From Dehalococcoidia bacterium (lineage in GTDB: Bacteria; Chloroflexota; Dehalococcoidia; Lucifugimonadales; UBA3495), in contig JAJDWF010000113.1 of assembly GCA_022825745.1 (NCBI GenBank), positions 26,400 to 90,399 of the forward strand: DNA of 64,000 bases. The letters run 5' to 3'. The notes under the pieces were generated by a model. That model was given only the letters and a program-made list of their open reading frames with translations, had not been told where the DNA came from and did not search any database. This document shows, one piece after another, positions 51,282 through 60,818 of the stretch. Both the position numbers and the translations under genes were made by a program. How positions within the stretch are numbered: position 1 is the stretch's first letter; the number at the start of each line of letters is the position of its first letter.

Positions 51282-52160
51282 ATGAACATCGGCTTTTCCC
51301 TTTCCAACAACCAGGGCCTTGCCAACGTGCAGGACGTGGTCAGCGTCGCCGCCCGCGCCGAGGAACTGGGCTACGATTCCGTCTGGGCCAGCGACCACGT
51401 TTTCAACGTCAGCTACGTGTACGAGCGCCTCGGCAACCGCCCCTACTACGACCCCATGACCATTCTGACCTACGCCGCCGCCCAGACTAGCCGCGTCATC
51501 CTGGGCACCAGCGTGCTGGTGCTGCCGTATCACAACCCCATGCGCCTGGCCAAGCAGGCCGCCACCCTGGACCAGCTATCCGGCGGCCGCGTCGCGCTGG
51601 GCGTGGGCGTCGGCGTGATTGACACGGAAATCGAGGCCATGGGCGTGCCCTTCTCCGAGCGCGGCCCGTACACCGACGAGTCCATCGAGATCATGAAGAC
51701 CCTGTGGTGCGACGACAACCCCCGGTACGACGGGCGCTTCTTCCAGTTCGCGGACATGGCGTTCTCACCGCGCCCGGTGCGTCCCGAGGGCATCCCGCTG
51801 ATCATCGGCGGCACCAGCCGCGCCGCCATCCGACGGGCCGCCCGCCACGGCGACGGCTGGCATCCCACCGCCATGCCGCCGGAGGACCTCGCCCAGGGCA
51901 TCCGCTACCTCCACGAACGGGCGGAGCGCGCCGACCGCGACCCTGCCACCATTCCCGTGTCGGTCAGCGTCCCCTTGCAGGGCGGCCGGCCCGGCCGGTT
52001 CACGCTGGGTACCGACCCTGCGGAGATGCGCGCCAACGCCCAGGCCTACCGCGACATCGGCGTCTCACGCATCGTGGTGTCCCCCTACTCCGGCGACCCG
52101 GCAGAGGTGTTCCCCGCCATGGAAACCGTCGCATCCGAAGTCATGCCGGCCGTAGCGTGA
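51282..52160 (+). CDS. LLM-class F420-dependent oxidoreductase
   Basis: GYDSVWASDHV.., LDQLSGGRVALGVGVG. 292 aa. Confidence 0.8.
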   Translation: MNIGFSLSNNQGLANVQDVVSVAARAEELGYDSVWASDHVFNVSYVYERLGNRPYYDPMTILTYAAAQTSRVILGTSVLVLPYHNPMRLAKQAATLDQLSGGRVALGVGVGVIDTEIEAMGVPFSERGPYTDESIEIMKTLWCDDNPRYDGRFFQFADMAFSPRPVRPEGIPLIIGGTSRAAIRRAARHGDGWHPTAMPPEDLAQGIRYLHERAERADRDPATIPVSVSVPLQGGRPGRFTLGTDPAEMRANAQAYRDIGVSRIVVSPYSGDPAEVFPAMETVASEVMPAVA

Positions 52161-52183
52161 ACCCTCGTATTGGAGATTTGATC

Positions 52184-54124
52184 TTGACCACCAGCAGCCC
52201 CACCATCGCCCCCTACGGTTCCTGGCGCTCGCCCATCACTGCCGACGCCATCGTCGCGGAGTCCATCAGCATCGGGCAGGTTGCCATCGACGGCGACGCC
52301 ATCCTGTGGACCGAGGGCCGGCCCTCGGAGGGCGGCCGCAACGTCATCATGCGTACGACGCCGGACGGCGCGGTCTCCGAAGTGAACCCGGCGCCGTTCA
52401 ACGCAAGGACGCGGGTGCATGAGTACGGCGGCGGCGCGTGGATTGCCCACGCCGGCACGGTGTGGTTCTCCAACTTCGACGACCAGCGCATCTACCGTCA
52501 GGAGCCGGACGGCGAACCGCAGCCCATCACGCCGGACACGCCCCTCCGCTACGCCGACGCCACCCTCGACCACCGGCGCAGCCGCCTCATCTGCGTCCGC
52601 GAGGACCACTCGGACCCCGACAACATCGTCAACACCATCGCGGCGGTTCCGGCGGATGGGCCGGGCGAGCAGGCGGTGCTGTTCGATGGTTGGGATTTCG
52701 TGTCGTCGCCACGCCTTAGCCCCGATGGCGCGACGCTGGCGTGGCTGTCGTGGAATCACCCTAACATGCCCTGGGACGGAACCCACCTGTGGACGGCCCC
52801 GGTGTTGGACGACGGCACGCTGGGCGACGCCACGCTGGTCGCCGGCGGCGAGCGCGTCTCGGTGTTTCAACCGGAATGGTCGCCCGACGGCGTGCTGCAC
52901 TACGTGTCCGAGGAATCGGGCTGGTGGAACCTCTACCGCCTGGGCGACAGCGGGCCGGAAACTCTGTACCGCGACGATGCCGAGTACGCCCGCCCGCAGT
53001 GGGTGTTTGCCAGCCGCACCTACGGGTTCGCCGGGGACGGCGACATCGTGTGCGCGGTGAACCGCCGCGGCGCGTGGTCGCTGAACCGCCTGAATCCCAA
53101 CCGTGGCGTCATGCAGCCGTTGAGCGTCCCGGCCGGCGAGATGGGCCGCGGCGATCTGGCCGTGTCCGGCATCACGGCGGTGGTCGTGGCCGGCGACGCC
53201 GAGCGGCCCATGTCCCTGATGCGGGTGAACCTGAATACCGGGTATTGGGAAACGCTGAAAGCCGCGTCAGCAACGCAAGTGGACGCCGGCTACGTCTCGC
53301 CGGCCCAGACCATCGAGTTTCCGTCCAACGAGGGCCGGCCGGCTTACGCCCTCTACTACGCGCCCAGGAATCCCGAGTACCAGGCGCCGGAGGGCGAGTT
53401 GCCGCCGCTGCTCGCTTTGAGCCACGGCGGGCCGACCGGCGCTGCGTCGGGCGCGCTGGACATGGCGGTGCAGTTCTGGACCAGCCGGGGCTTTGCCGTG
53501 GTGGACGTGAACTACGGCGGCAGCGTGGGCTATGGCCGCGCCTACCGGCAGCTGCTCAACGGCAACTGGGGCATCGTGGACGTGGACGACTGCGCCAACG
53601 CCGCCCTCCACCTGGTGCACCAGGGACTGGCCGACGGCGACCGCCTGGCGATCCGTGGCGGTAGCGCCGGCGGCTACACCACGCTGGCGGCATTGACGTT
53701 CCGCAACGTCTTCGCGGCCGGCGCCAGCTACTACGGCGTGTCCGACCTCACCGCGCTGGCGGCGGACACGCACAAGTTCGAGTCGCGTTACCTGGACCGG
53801 CTGGTCGCGCCGTATCCGGAGGGCAAGGACACCTACGAGCGCCGGTCCCCCATCAACCACACCGACGGGCTGTCGTGCCCCATCATCCTGCTGCAAGGGT
53901 TAGAGGACCGCATCGTACCGCCCAACCAGGCCGAGATGATGTTCGACGCGGTTCGCGGCAAGGGCATACCGTGCGCCTACCTGCCCTTTGAGGGCGAACA
54001 GCACGGGTTCCGCCGCGCCGAAAACATCAAGCGCGCGCTGGAGGCCGAGCTATACTTCTACTCCCAGGTATTCGGCTTCGACCTGGCCGACCCGGTGGAC
54101 CCGGTGCCGATCGAGAATTTGTGA
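52184..54124 (+). CDS. S9 family serine peptidase (beta-propeller + alpha/beta-hydrolase)
   Basis: APYGSWRSPITAD.. propeller. GGSAGGYT nucleophile. TTG start after GGAG. The upstream part of ORF 51704.. overlaps the LLM gene and is not coding. Confidence 0.8.
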   Translation: MTTSSPTIAPYGSWRSPITADAIVAESISIGQVAIDGDAILWTEGRPSEGGRNVIMRTTPDGAVSEVNPAPFNARTRVHEYGGGAWIAHAGTVWFSNFDDQRIYRQEPDGEPQPITPDTPLRYADATLDHRRSRLICVREDHSDPDNIVNTIAAVPADGPGEQAVLFDGWDFVSSPRLSPDGATLAWLSWNHPNMPWDGTHLWTAPVLDDGTLGDATLVAGGERVSVFQPEWSPDGVLHYVSEESGWWNLYRLGDSGPETLYRDDAEYARPQWVFASRTYGFAGDGDIVCAVNRRGAWSLNRLNPNRGVMQPLSVPAGEMGRGDLAVSGITAVVVAGDAERPMSLMRVNLNTGYWETLKAASATQVDAGYVSPAQTIEFPSNEGRPAYALYYAPRNPEYQAPEGELPPLLALSHGGPTGAASGALDMAVQFWTSRGFAVVDVNYGGSVGYGRAYRQLLNGNWGIVDVDDCANAALHLVHQGLADGDRLAIRGGSAGGYTTLAALTFRNVFAAGASYYGVSDLTALAADTHKFESRYLDRLVAPYPEGKDTYERRSPINHTDGLSCPIILLQGLEDRIVPPNQAEMMFDAVRGKGIPCAYLPFEGEQHGFRRAENIKRALEAELYFYSQVFGFDLADPVDPVPIENL

Positions 54125-54161
54125 GGTGCGTGGTTCGACAAGTTCATCATGAGCGGAACGA

Positions 54162-55346
54162 TTAGTAAGCCGCCTGCAGCACCTCAATAATCGGGCCGGC
54201 GTCAACCACGGGCTTGGGGTTGGTGCTCAGGCTCCGGTCCTGCAGCGTCGCGGTGGCGATGTACTCCAAGCCGTCCTCCGGCACTCCCACCTCGCGCAGC
54301 GTCCGGGGCAGCTCCAGGTCCCGGCATAGCTCGTCCACCGCGTCGGCGGCGGCCAGCCCGGCCTCCTCGTCGGTCATCGTCGAGTTGGCGACGCCGATGG
54401 CCTCGGCGATCATGCGCTGGCGGTCGGCGCAGGCGTCCAGGTTGTAGCGCATGGTGTGGGGCAGCAGGATGGCGTTGGCCTCGCCATGTGGCACGTCGTA
54501 CAGCCCGCCCACGTGGTGGCACGTTGCGGTGTTCAACCCCAGCCCGCCGAAAGACGCCAGCGACGCCATGGCGCAGGCGGTCTTGGTGGTCAGCAACGTG
54601 TCGATGTCGCCGTCCTTGCAGCGGGGCAGGTTCTCGAATAGCAGCCGGATGGCGTGCAGCGCCATGCCGTCGCCGATGGGATTGCGCCCGGTGGAATAGA
54701 CCGTCTCGATGGCGATGCGCAGCTGACCGATGGCAGTGGACACCAGGATTCGCAGCGGCGTGGTGGCCAATGCCTGCCCGTCCACGATGATCGTGCGGGG
54801 AGTTACGCCGTCGCCGGCGATGCTCAGCTTGCGTCCCTGCTCGTGGTCGGTGATGCCGCCACCGCCGCGGCTGAACTCGGCGCAACCCATGGTGGTGGGC
54901 ACGCCGATGATGGGCAGCTTGGGCGAAGGCGTCGGCGGCACGATGATCTTGTCCGGCGGCTCGAAGAAAATGGCATAGTCGCGGATGTCGCCGCCCTCGG
55001 CCAGCAGGGTCGCCATGGCCTTGGTGGTGTCGTGGGTGCTGCCGCCGCCCACGCTGATGAAAACGTCGGGCTGCGTCTCCTGCGCCATGGCGACGCCGGC
55101 CTCAACCGTATCGACAGGCGAGTGGGGCGCGACGCCCGAGTAAGTGCCAACGTACCGCGAACCCAGCGCCTCCTGCACGCGCGGCACCACGTCGCACGCC
55201 CTGAGAATCGTCGGCCCGCAGGTAATCATCGCGCGGCTGCCGCCCAGTCCGTCCACCACGGCCGGCAAGTCGTTGATGGCAGCCTCGGCGCAAACGATGT
55301 CCTGGTGCAGCGGGTCATATCGGTATTGCAAAGTGCTGGCGGGCAT
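54162..55346 (-). CDS. Iron-containing alcohol dehydrogenase family (maleylacetate-reductase-like)
   Basis: ISVGGGSTHDTTKA and His-rich metal site CHHVGG..PHGEAN. Confidence 0.8.
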   Translation of the reverse strand: MPASTLQYRYDPLHQDIVCAEAAINDLPAVVDGLGGSRAMITCGPTILRACDVVPRVQEALGSRYVGTYSGVAPHSPVDTVEAGVAMAQETQPDVFISVGGGSTHDTTKAMATLLAEGGDIRDYAIFFEPPDKIIVPPTPSPKLPIIGVPTTMGCAEFSRGGGGITDHEQGRKLSIAGDGVTPRTIIVDGQALATTPLRILVSTAIGQLRIAIETVYSTGRNPIGDGMALHAIRLLFENLPRCKDGDIDTLLTTKTACAMASLASFGGLGLNTATCHHVGGLYDVPHGEANAILLPHTMRYNLDACADRQRMIAEAIGVANSTMTDEEAGLAAADAVDELCRDLELPRTLREVGVPEDGLEYIATATLQDRSLSTNPKPVVDAGPIIEVLQAAY

Positions 55347-55420
55347 AATGAATTTCTCCTGGTGAAGTTACAAGTGGAGGCAAATAATCATTCGCCCCAA
55401 CACCGGATTGGAATGGTCTT

Positions 55421-55939
55421 CTACTGCCCCAGCCCCCGCTGCATCCCCCGCAGGTAGCCGGCCTGGCCGCCGTGCTGGTTGACCTCCCAGATGAGCAGGC
55501 GGAACATATCCGCCACCGCCATGCTTTCGCCCCTCCGGTTGGTCATCTGCGTGTTGACCAGCGATTCGTCGTCGTGCTGGCTGAGGAACTCCAGCAGGTT
55601 GTTGCGGGCCGCGTCGGCGTACTCCATGAGCAGGGCCTTGTCGGGACACTTCCAGCTGGTCAGGTCTTCGACGGTGTAACCGAAACCGACGTTCATCGGC
55701 TCCGGCGCGAATCCCAGGCGCCCGGCCCACTCCCGCTCGTACAGCTGCGTGTCCTGCTTGGCCAGCGACTGCACCCACATGTCCAGCGCGCGCCCGTAGT
55801 GCCAGACGATGAACCCGATGGAATGGCACTGCTCGTTGGGAGTGAACTCGATCTCGTCCTGGGTCAGCCCGTCCACGTAGCGGACCAGCCACTCCCAGTT
55901 GTTGTCGAAAGATTCCTTGATGAATTGCTGCAGCGCCAT
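55421..55939 (-). CDS. DinB-family protein
   Basis: GGAGG SD is 6 nt upstream. IGFIVWHYGRALD .. WEVNQHGGQAGYL. Confidence 0.75.
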   Translation of the reverse strand: MALQQFIKESFDNNWEWLVRYVDGLTQDEIEFTPNEQCHSIGFIVWHYGRALDMWVQSLAKQDTQLYEREWAGRLGFAPEPMNVGFGYTVEDLTSWKCPDKALLMEYADAARNNLLEFLSQHDDESLVNTQMTNRRGESMAVADMFRLLIWEVNQHGGQAGYLRGMQRGLGQ

Positions 55940-55956
55940 GGTTGCCTCCATACCCT

Positions 55957-55981
55957 GGATTCCCTCGCCGGCGGGAATGAC
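55957..55981 (-). repeat. REP-like hairpin (copy 4, inverted orientation)
   Basis: The reverse complement reads GTCATTCCCGCCGGCGAGGGAATCC. Intergenic. Confidence 0.75.
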
Positions 55982-55989
55982 GAAAACTG

Positions 55990-56778
55990 TCAGGTCGTCC
56001 ACACGGGCGGACGTTTTTCCAGGAAAGCGGTGATGCCCTCATGCGCGTCGTCTTCCAGCAGGTTGTCCACCATCACCTTGCCTGCAAACTGGTACGCCGA
56101 CGGACGGTCCATTTCAATTTGCTGGTAGAACGCCGCCTTGCCCAACGCCAACGTCTGCGCGCTGGCCGATGCGATCTGCCTGGCGAGGTCCATCACCTGC
56201 TCTTCCAGCTCTTCCGCCGGTGCGATGCGGCTGATCAGTCCGAACTCCAACGCTTCCCGCGCCGATATGGGCCGCCCCGTCAGCAGCATTTCCATGGCCT
56301 TCTTGGGCATCACGGAGCGCGCCACGGCAACGCCCGGCGTGGTGCAGAACAGGCCGATCTGCACGCCCGGCGTGGCAAACGCGGCGGTGTCCGCTGCGAC
56401 GGCTATGTCGCAGGTGGCAACCAACTGGCACCCGGCGGCGGTCGCCAGACCCTGCACCTGCGCGATCACCGGCTTGGGCAGCAGGCGGATACCCTCCATG
56501 ACGCGAGTGCAGGCGTCAAAGACGGCGGTGTAGTCCTCGGCGTCCCCGTTCACCAACTCGTTAAGGTCGTGCCCCGAGCTGAACACCGGCCCCTCAGAGC
56601 GTATCACCACCACGCGGGCTTCGGGATCCTTCGCAATCCAATCCAGCCATTCTTCCAACGCCGCCAGCGTGCGCGATGACAACACGTTGCGCTTCCTCGG
56701 GTTGGTCAGCGTCAGCACAGCGATGCCGTCAAGGGTGCGGTCGTAAGATAGGGTTTCGGAGTGAAGTTCTTTAACCAT
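55990..56778 (-). CDS. Enoyl-CoA hydratase/isomerase family protein
   Basis: Start MVKELHSE.. IAVLTLTNPRKRNVL..VFSSGHDL..AQVQGLATAAGCQL. Confidence 0.85.
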   Translation of the reverse strand: MVKELHSETLSYDRTLDGIAVLTLTNPRKRNVLSSRTLAALEEWLDWIAKDPEARVVVIRSEGPVFSSGHDLNELVNGDAEDYTAVFDACTRVMEGIRLLPKPVIAQVQGLATAAGCQLVATCDIAVAADTAAFATPGVQIGLFCTTPGVAVARSVMPKKAMEMLLTGRPISAREALEFGLISRIAPAEELEEQVMDLARQIASASAQTLALGKAAFYQQIEMDRPSAYQFAGKVMVDNLLEDDAHEGITAFLEKRPPVWTT

Positions 56779-57145
56779 ATTCACCTCCGGATTTAGCAAT
56801 TTCCAGCATCCGATCAACAAAATGCTGCACATCCTGGCGGTAATCGTTAAACTGCGCTTCAGTGAGGAAGCCTTTGTCGAAATTGGGATGTAGCCGATGT
56901 CGGGCGGCCCAAAACCCGCCAGTCAGTACACTATCTTCATATTGGTCTGCGAGACGGTCAACCACATCGCTTTTGTGGCTATACTTCCCGTGATCCCACC
57001 CTCGCTGCATGGCGACAGCGTTGACCGAGTGGATTGCGGCGCCCCACAACATTTCGGAAGCGAGCAAGTTTTCACCGCTGGCTAGCATTTGCTCAGCGGC
57101 CTGCAAACAGGATGCCACCATTCGGATGTGGTCGTTGGGGGTCAT
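56771..57145 (-). CDS. PaREP1-like HEPN protein, type B (cassette 2, second gene)
   Basis: EMLWGAAIHSVNAVAMQRGWDHGKYSHKSDV..FWAARHRLHPNFDKGFL. ~47% GC. ATGA overlap with the upstream partner. Its stop overlaps the downstream enoyl-CoA hydratase start by 8 nt. Confidence 0.7.
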   Translation of the reverse strand: MTPNDHIRMVASCLQAAEQMLASGENLLASEMLWGAAIHSVNAVAMQRGWDHGKYSHKSDVVDRLADQYEDSVLTGGFWAARHRLHPNFDKGFLTEAQFNDYRQDVQHFVDRMLEIAKSGGEYG

Positions 57146-57546
57146 GCAGATTGGTCATGCTGTGCGGCCTGATCCATCAGCTGAGTTACGAACCGTAGTA
57201 TGATTGGTCGTGCCATCCTGATTTCACCACGCTCCAAAAAATCGTCCCGGATATTGTCCCAAAGGGTATCGGCGACGGCCCAACTCGCGGACAGGTGTAA
57301 ATCTGAGACCTCTTTGTTCAGGGTGCGTACCGCCGACTCCAAGTCGTCTTTGGTCTGGTGAGGCCAACCTCTGGATTTGGCGACTGCGGTTGCGGCCAGT
57401 TCGCTGGCCTTCCACATATTTGCGGAGCTGCCTTTTAGGTCACCAGCTACGTAGTCGGCAGCAGCAGCATCCAGATACTGGTAAGGCGTCTTAGGCGCCG
57501 GCTTGCGACTAGACGCTTTTTGAGTACGCGGTTTTGCGGTCATCAT
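57142..57546 (-). CDS. PaREP1-like helical protein, type A (cassette 2, first gene)
   Basis: SSANMWKASELAATAVAKSRGWPHQTKDDL..TLWDNIRDDFLE. Paralogue of 17806..18177. Confidence 0.65.
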   Translation of the reverse strand: MMTAKPRTQKASSRKPAPKTPYQYLDAAAADYVAGDLKGSSANMWKASELAATAVAKSRGWPHQTKDDLESAVRTLNKEVSDLHLSASWAVADTLWDNIRDDFLERGEIRMARPIILRFVTQLMDQAAQHDQSA

Positions 57547-57678
57547 TGGCTTGCTTCCCTTTCCACTAGCGCAGGTTAGGCGTGTCGGGCAACCTCGCTA
57601 TTGCCTCACACTGTATTCACCAACTCTACGAAACTATCTTGTAGCCGTTGGCGCCGCGTTTCATAGCTGTCCAACACG

Positions 57679-58851
57679 CTACCCGCGCGGCAACCCCAAC
57701 CCCCGGCTGGCGATGATGTTGCGCTGCACTTCGCTGGTGCCCGCCGCGATGGTGTGCGAGAACGCCCGCAGCCAGTGCTCCTGCATGTCGGCTTCCATGG
57801 GCGTCCACTTGGCGTCGCGCAGGCCGCCGTACATGCCCATGACCTCCAGGCACGACGCGGTGGTGCGCTGCACGGTCTCGCTGCCGAACACCTTGGACAT
57901 GGACGCTTCCTTGTTGGGCACCAGGCCCTCGCCCTGCATCCACGCCACGTTGTAGGCGATCAGCCGCGCCACCTCGCACTCGATGTAGCGGTCGGCCAGC
58001 GCGTTGCGCACCCACGGCTCCTGGCTCAGCGGCTTGCCGTTGCGCGAGATGCCGTCGGCCCACTTTCGAGTGTCGTCCAGGTGCCGGAACGCCGCCGCCG
58101 AGTAGTCGATACCGGAACGCTCGAAGTCCAGCAGCGTCACCGCAACGTACCAGCCGCGGTTCTCCTCGCCCACGATGTTGCGGGCCGGCACGCGTACGTT
58201 GTCAAAGATAATCTGGTTGAACTCGTGCCGGTTGCCCATGTTGATGATGGGGCGCACCTCGATGCCCGGCGTCTTCATGTCCACCAGGAAGAAGCTGATG
58301 CCCCGGTGCTTGGGCGCGTCGGTGTCGGTGCGGGTGAGCAGCATGATCCAGTCGCCCCGGTGTCCCATGGACGTCCAGATCTTGCTGCCGTTGATGACGA
58401 ACTCGTCGCCGTCGCGGATGGCCCGGGTGCTCAGCGACGCCAGGTCGGAGCCGGATTCGGGCTCGCTGTACCCCTGGCACCACTGTACCTCGCCTTTGGC
58501 CACCGGCGGCAGGTGCTCGGCCTTCTGCTCGTCGGTGCCGTGGATCATCAGGGTCGCGCCCATCATGCGCACGCCAAAGTTGTCCCGGCCCGGCGCGCGG
58601 TGGTAGGTCATGGCCTCGTTGAAGATGGCCGTGCGTACCGGCGATGCCTTCTGCCCGCCGTACTCCTCCGGCCAGTGCATGGTCAGCCAGCCCCGGTCGG
58701 CCAGCTTGCGCCGCATGTCCAGCGTGCGATTCCAGTTTTCCTCGCCTTCACCTCGTTCCCCCAGTTCCCACTGCGGCACGTATTCTTCGGAGATGAACTG
58801 CTGGAGGTCGCTCTGGAAAGTGGCGTCCTCGGTACTGAACTGGAACTCCAT
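57679..58851 (-). CDS. Acyl-CoA dehydrogenase family protein
   Basis: 390 aa. QGYSEPESGSDLAS motif, with C-terminal ..GTSEVQRNIIA. Confidence 0.85.
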   Translation of the reverse strand: MEFQFSTEDATFQSDLQQFISEEYVPQWELGERGEGEENWNRTLDMRRKLADRGWLTMHWPEEYGGQKASPVRTAIFNEAMTYHRAPGRDNFGVRMMGATLMIHGTDEQKAEHLPPVAKGEVQWCQGYSEPESGSDLASLSTRAIRDGDEFVINGSKIWTSMGHRGDWIMLLTRTDTDAPKHRGISFFLVDMKTPGIEVRPIINMGNRHEFNQIIFDNVRVPARNIVGEENRGWYVAVTLLDFERSGIDYSAAAFRHLDDTRKWADGISRNGKPLSQEPWVRNALADRYIECEVARLIAYNVAWMQGEGLVPNKEASMSKVFGSETVQRTTASCLEVMGMYGGLRDAKWTPMEADMQEHWLRAFSHTIAAGTSEVQRNIIASRGLGLPRG

Positions 58852-58908
58852 GATAGTAATCTCCTGGTGGTTTGGAGGGGTTGCCCTGGGTTGTTGGCGA
58901 AATCGGGA

Positions 58909-59448
58909 TTAGTATCTGGTTATGACGCCGCAGGCCGCACGCCCGCCGGCGCCGGCGTCTTCGCCATAGGTGTCCGGCTTTTCGTGGATGATAATGGCCG
59001 AACCATCGGCGTCGAAGAGGGAATGGTCCATGTCGGCGTCGAGGGTAACCGCAGCGGTGAGGTAATCGGCGCGCGCTGCGCCGTCGGCGTCGGCGTAAAT
59101 GTTTGGCAAGTCGCCGGCGTGTACGCCAGCTGGGTTATTGTAGCCATGGCCAACGTCACCCGGATTGAAGTGGTCCCCGGCCGCGGCAAAATCGGGCGAG
59201 CAAGTTCCCACGGTGTGAATGTGGAAGCCGTGCCCGCCGGGAGCCAGCCCGTCCACTTCCGCCGCTACCAGCACGCCGTGATGCGTTTGCGTCAGTGTGA
59301 CTAGGCCCATGCTCGAACCGTCCGGGCCGACCATTGCGGCGATGGCTTGCGCGCCAACATCCTGTGGCTGGGTTGAAGCCTGTCCGCAGGCCAGCGCAGC
59401 AAGCATGGCGGCGACAATAACGACGACCATGATGAGAGTTCGCAACAT
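58909..59448 (-). CDS. sodC: Cu/Zn superoxide dismutase, exported (lipobox-like LAALACG)
   Basis: GFHIHTVGTC, GDHFNP, HAGDLPNI, IIIHEKPD. Confidence 0.9.
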   Translation of the reverse strand: MLRTLIMVVVIVAAMLAALACGQASTQPQDVGAQAIAAMVGPDGSSMGLVTLTQTHHGVLVAAEVDGLAPGGHGFHIHTVGTCSPDFAAAGDHFNPGDVGHGYNNPAGVHAGDLPNIYADADGAARADYLTAAVTLDADMDHSLFDADGSAIIIHEKPDTYGEDAGAGGRAACGVITRY

Positions 59449-59503
59449 ATCGTTTCAACGTCTCCGGGGAAACTGAACGGGCCAATCTTACCACGCTGCT
59501 GCG

Positions 59504-60355
59504 TTACATTTGGCTGTAGCCGCTGCCCGGGCCGCGCGTGTCGTCCACGCCCCAGCCGCGACCTTCGTCGATCCAGCCGAACTCCAGCAGGATTTGCTGG
59601 CTGTAACAGACGCGGCCGGTTACCTTGTCCACGGGTTCCGAGGCCAGCAGCAGCGTCGCCTGCGCCAGTAGCTCCGGCGGCTCGCCGCTCGGGTCGTCCA
59701 TACCCTCGACCAGGTGATGGAACACGGTACCCGGCGTCGGCACCACCAACGAGGGCGCTACCGCCGTTACGGAGATGCCGTATTCGTACACCTCCTGGGC
59801 CAGCCCCTGGGAGAACCGCTCCAGCGCAGCCTTCTCCGCGCCGTAGCAGGTGCCGTTGTTGGCCGGCGTGGTGTACGGCCCGCGGCCCGGTCCCACGGCG
59901 GAGCCGGAGGAGATGTTGACGATGCTGCCCGACTTACGCTCAATCATGTCCGTCAGCGCCAGCTGGCTCAGGATGAACGGAGCGTGGAAATTCACCGCCC
60001 ACGAGCGCATCCACCGGTTGACGGGAAAGTCCTTGATGGGCAGGTAGTAGGTGAGCGCCGCGTTGTTCACCAGCACGTCCACCGGGCCGTAGATGCGTCG
60101 CGCCTCCGACACCAGCATCTCGCAGTCCTCTGGCAGCGAAATGTTGGCGGCCACAGGCGTCGCCTCGCCGCCGGCCTCCTTGATGTCGGCGATGGTCTTG
60201 GCCAGCGAGCCTTCCAGCGGATGGTCGCCCTCGTTGACGGTGCGTGCGGCGCAAATGACGCGAGCGCCCTCAGCGGCAAACAGGCGGCTGATTTCAGCGC
60301 CGATACCACGGCTGGCGCCGGTGACAATGGCGGTTTTTCCTTCAAGTCGGGGCAT
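59504..60355 (-). CDS. SDR-family oxidoreductase
   Basis: TGASRGIGAEI, NNAA, YGAEKAAL. Confidence 0.85.
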   Translation of the reverse strand: MPRLEGKTAIVTGASRGIGAEISRLFAAEGARVICAARTVNEGDHPLEGSLAKTIADIKEAGGEATPVAANISLPEDCEMLVSEARRIYGPVDVLVNNAALTYYLPIKDFPVNRWMRSWAVNFHAPFILSQLALTDMIERKSGSIVNISSGSAVGPGRGPYTTPANNGTCYGAEKAALERFSQGLAQEVYEYGISVTAVAPSLVVPTPGTVFHHLVEGMDDPSGEPPELLAQATLLLASEPVDKVTGRVCYSQQILLEFGWIDEGRGWGVDDTRGPGSGYSQM

Positions 60356-60367
60356 ATTGGGTGTTCC

Positions 60368-60817
60368 TTATTGGCTTTCGTTATGCGTTCCATTTTGCGA
60401 GGGAGGTGGTTCGGTGAAGGGTTGGCCATCGCGTTCCGCGGCTTCGCGTCGTTCCAGCCAGGCTTCCCAGAGCCGGTCCCGTTCCTGAATAGCTTCGGCT
60501 CGGCCTTCCTCTCGGGCTTCTTCGCGCCAAAGACGCTTGCGAAATTCTGCCAGTACCATTCTTGTTCCCTCCACGATTCCGAATGCGAGCGGGAATGCAA
60601 TGCCGACGCTTACTGCGGCAGCGATGATTGAGATTATAGCAATTTCGGGCCAAGTTAGCGGCGGGCTCTCGGCGGTTACGATTCGGGCGTAACTGAGTAG
60701 GCCGGTCAGCAAGGCCCAGATAATGTAAAACGCCGACAGGAACCAGCCGATGTGCCGGGCTATGATGTCAAAAGCGTTCCTGCGGTCGTTACCGCTCTTG
60801 TCTCGCTGGGCTGCCAC
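60368..60817 (-). CDS. Hypothetical membrane protein with charged coiled C-terminus
   Basis: Three hydrophobic helices, then RKRLWREEAREEGRAEAIQERDRLWEAWLERREAAERD. Lower GC. Confidence 0.5.
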   Translation of the reverse strand: MAAQRDKSGNDRRNAFDIIARHIGWFLSAFYIIWALLTGLLSYARIVTAESPPLTWPEIAIISIIAAAVSVGIAFPLAFGIVEGTRMVLAEFRKRLWREEAREEGRAEAIQERDRLWEAWLERREAAERDGQPFTEPPPSQNGTHNESQ

Positions 60818-60818
60818 G

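Noticed and set aside
60570-60600. A fifth REP-like element (gattccgaatgcgagcgggaatgc).
   Set aside because: The arms are imperfect and it lies inside CDS 60368..60817, encoding FPLAFGIVEG. Probably chance similarity.
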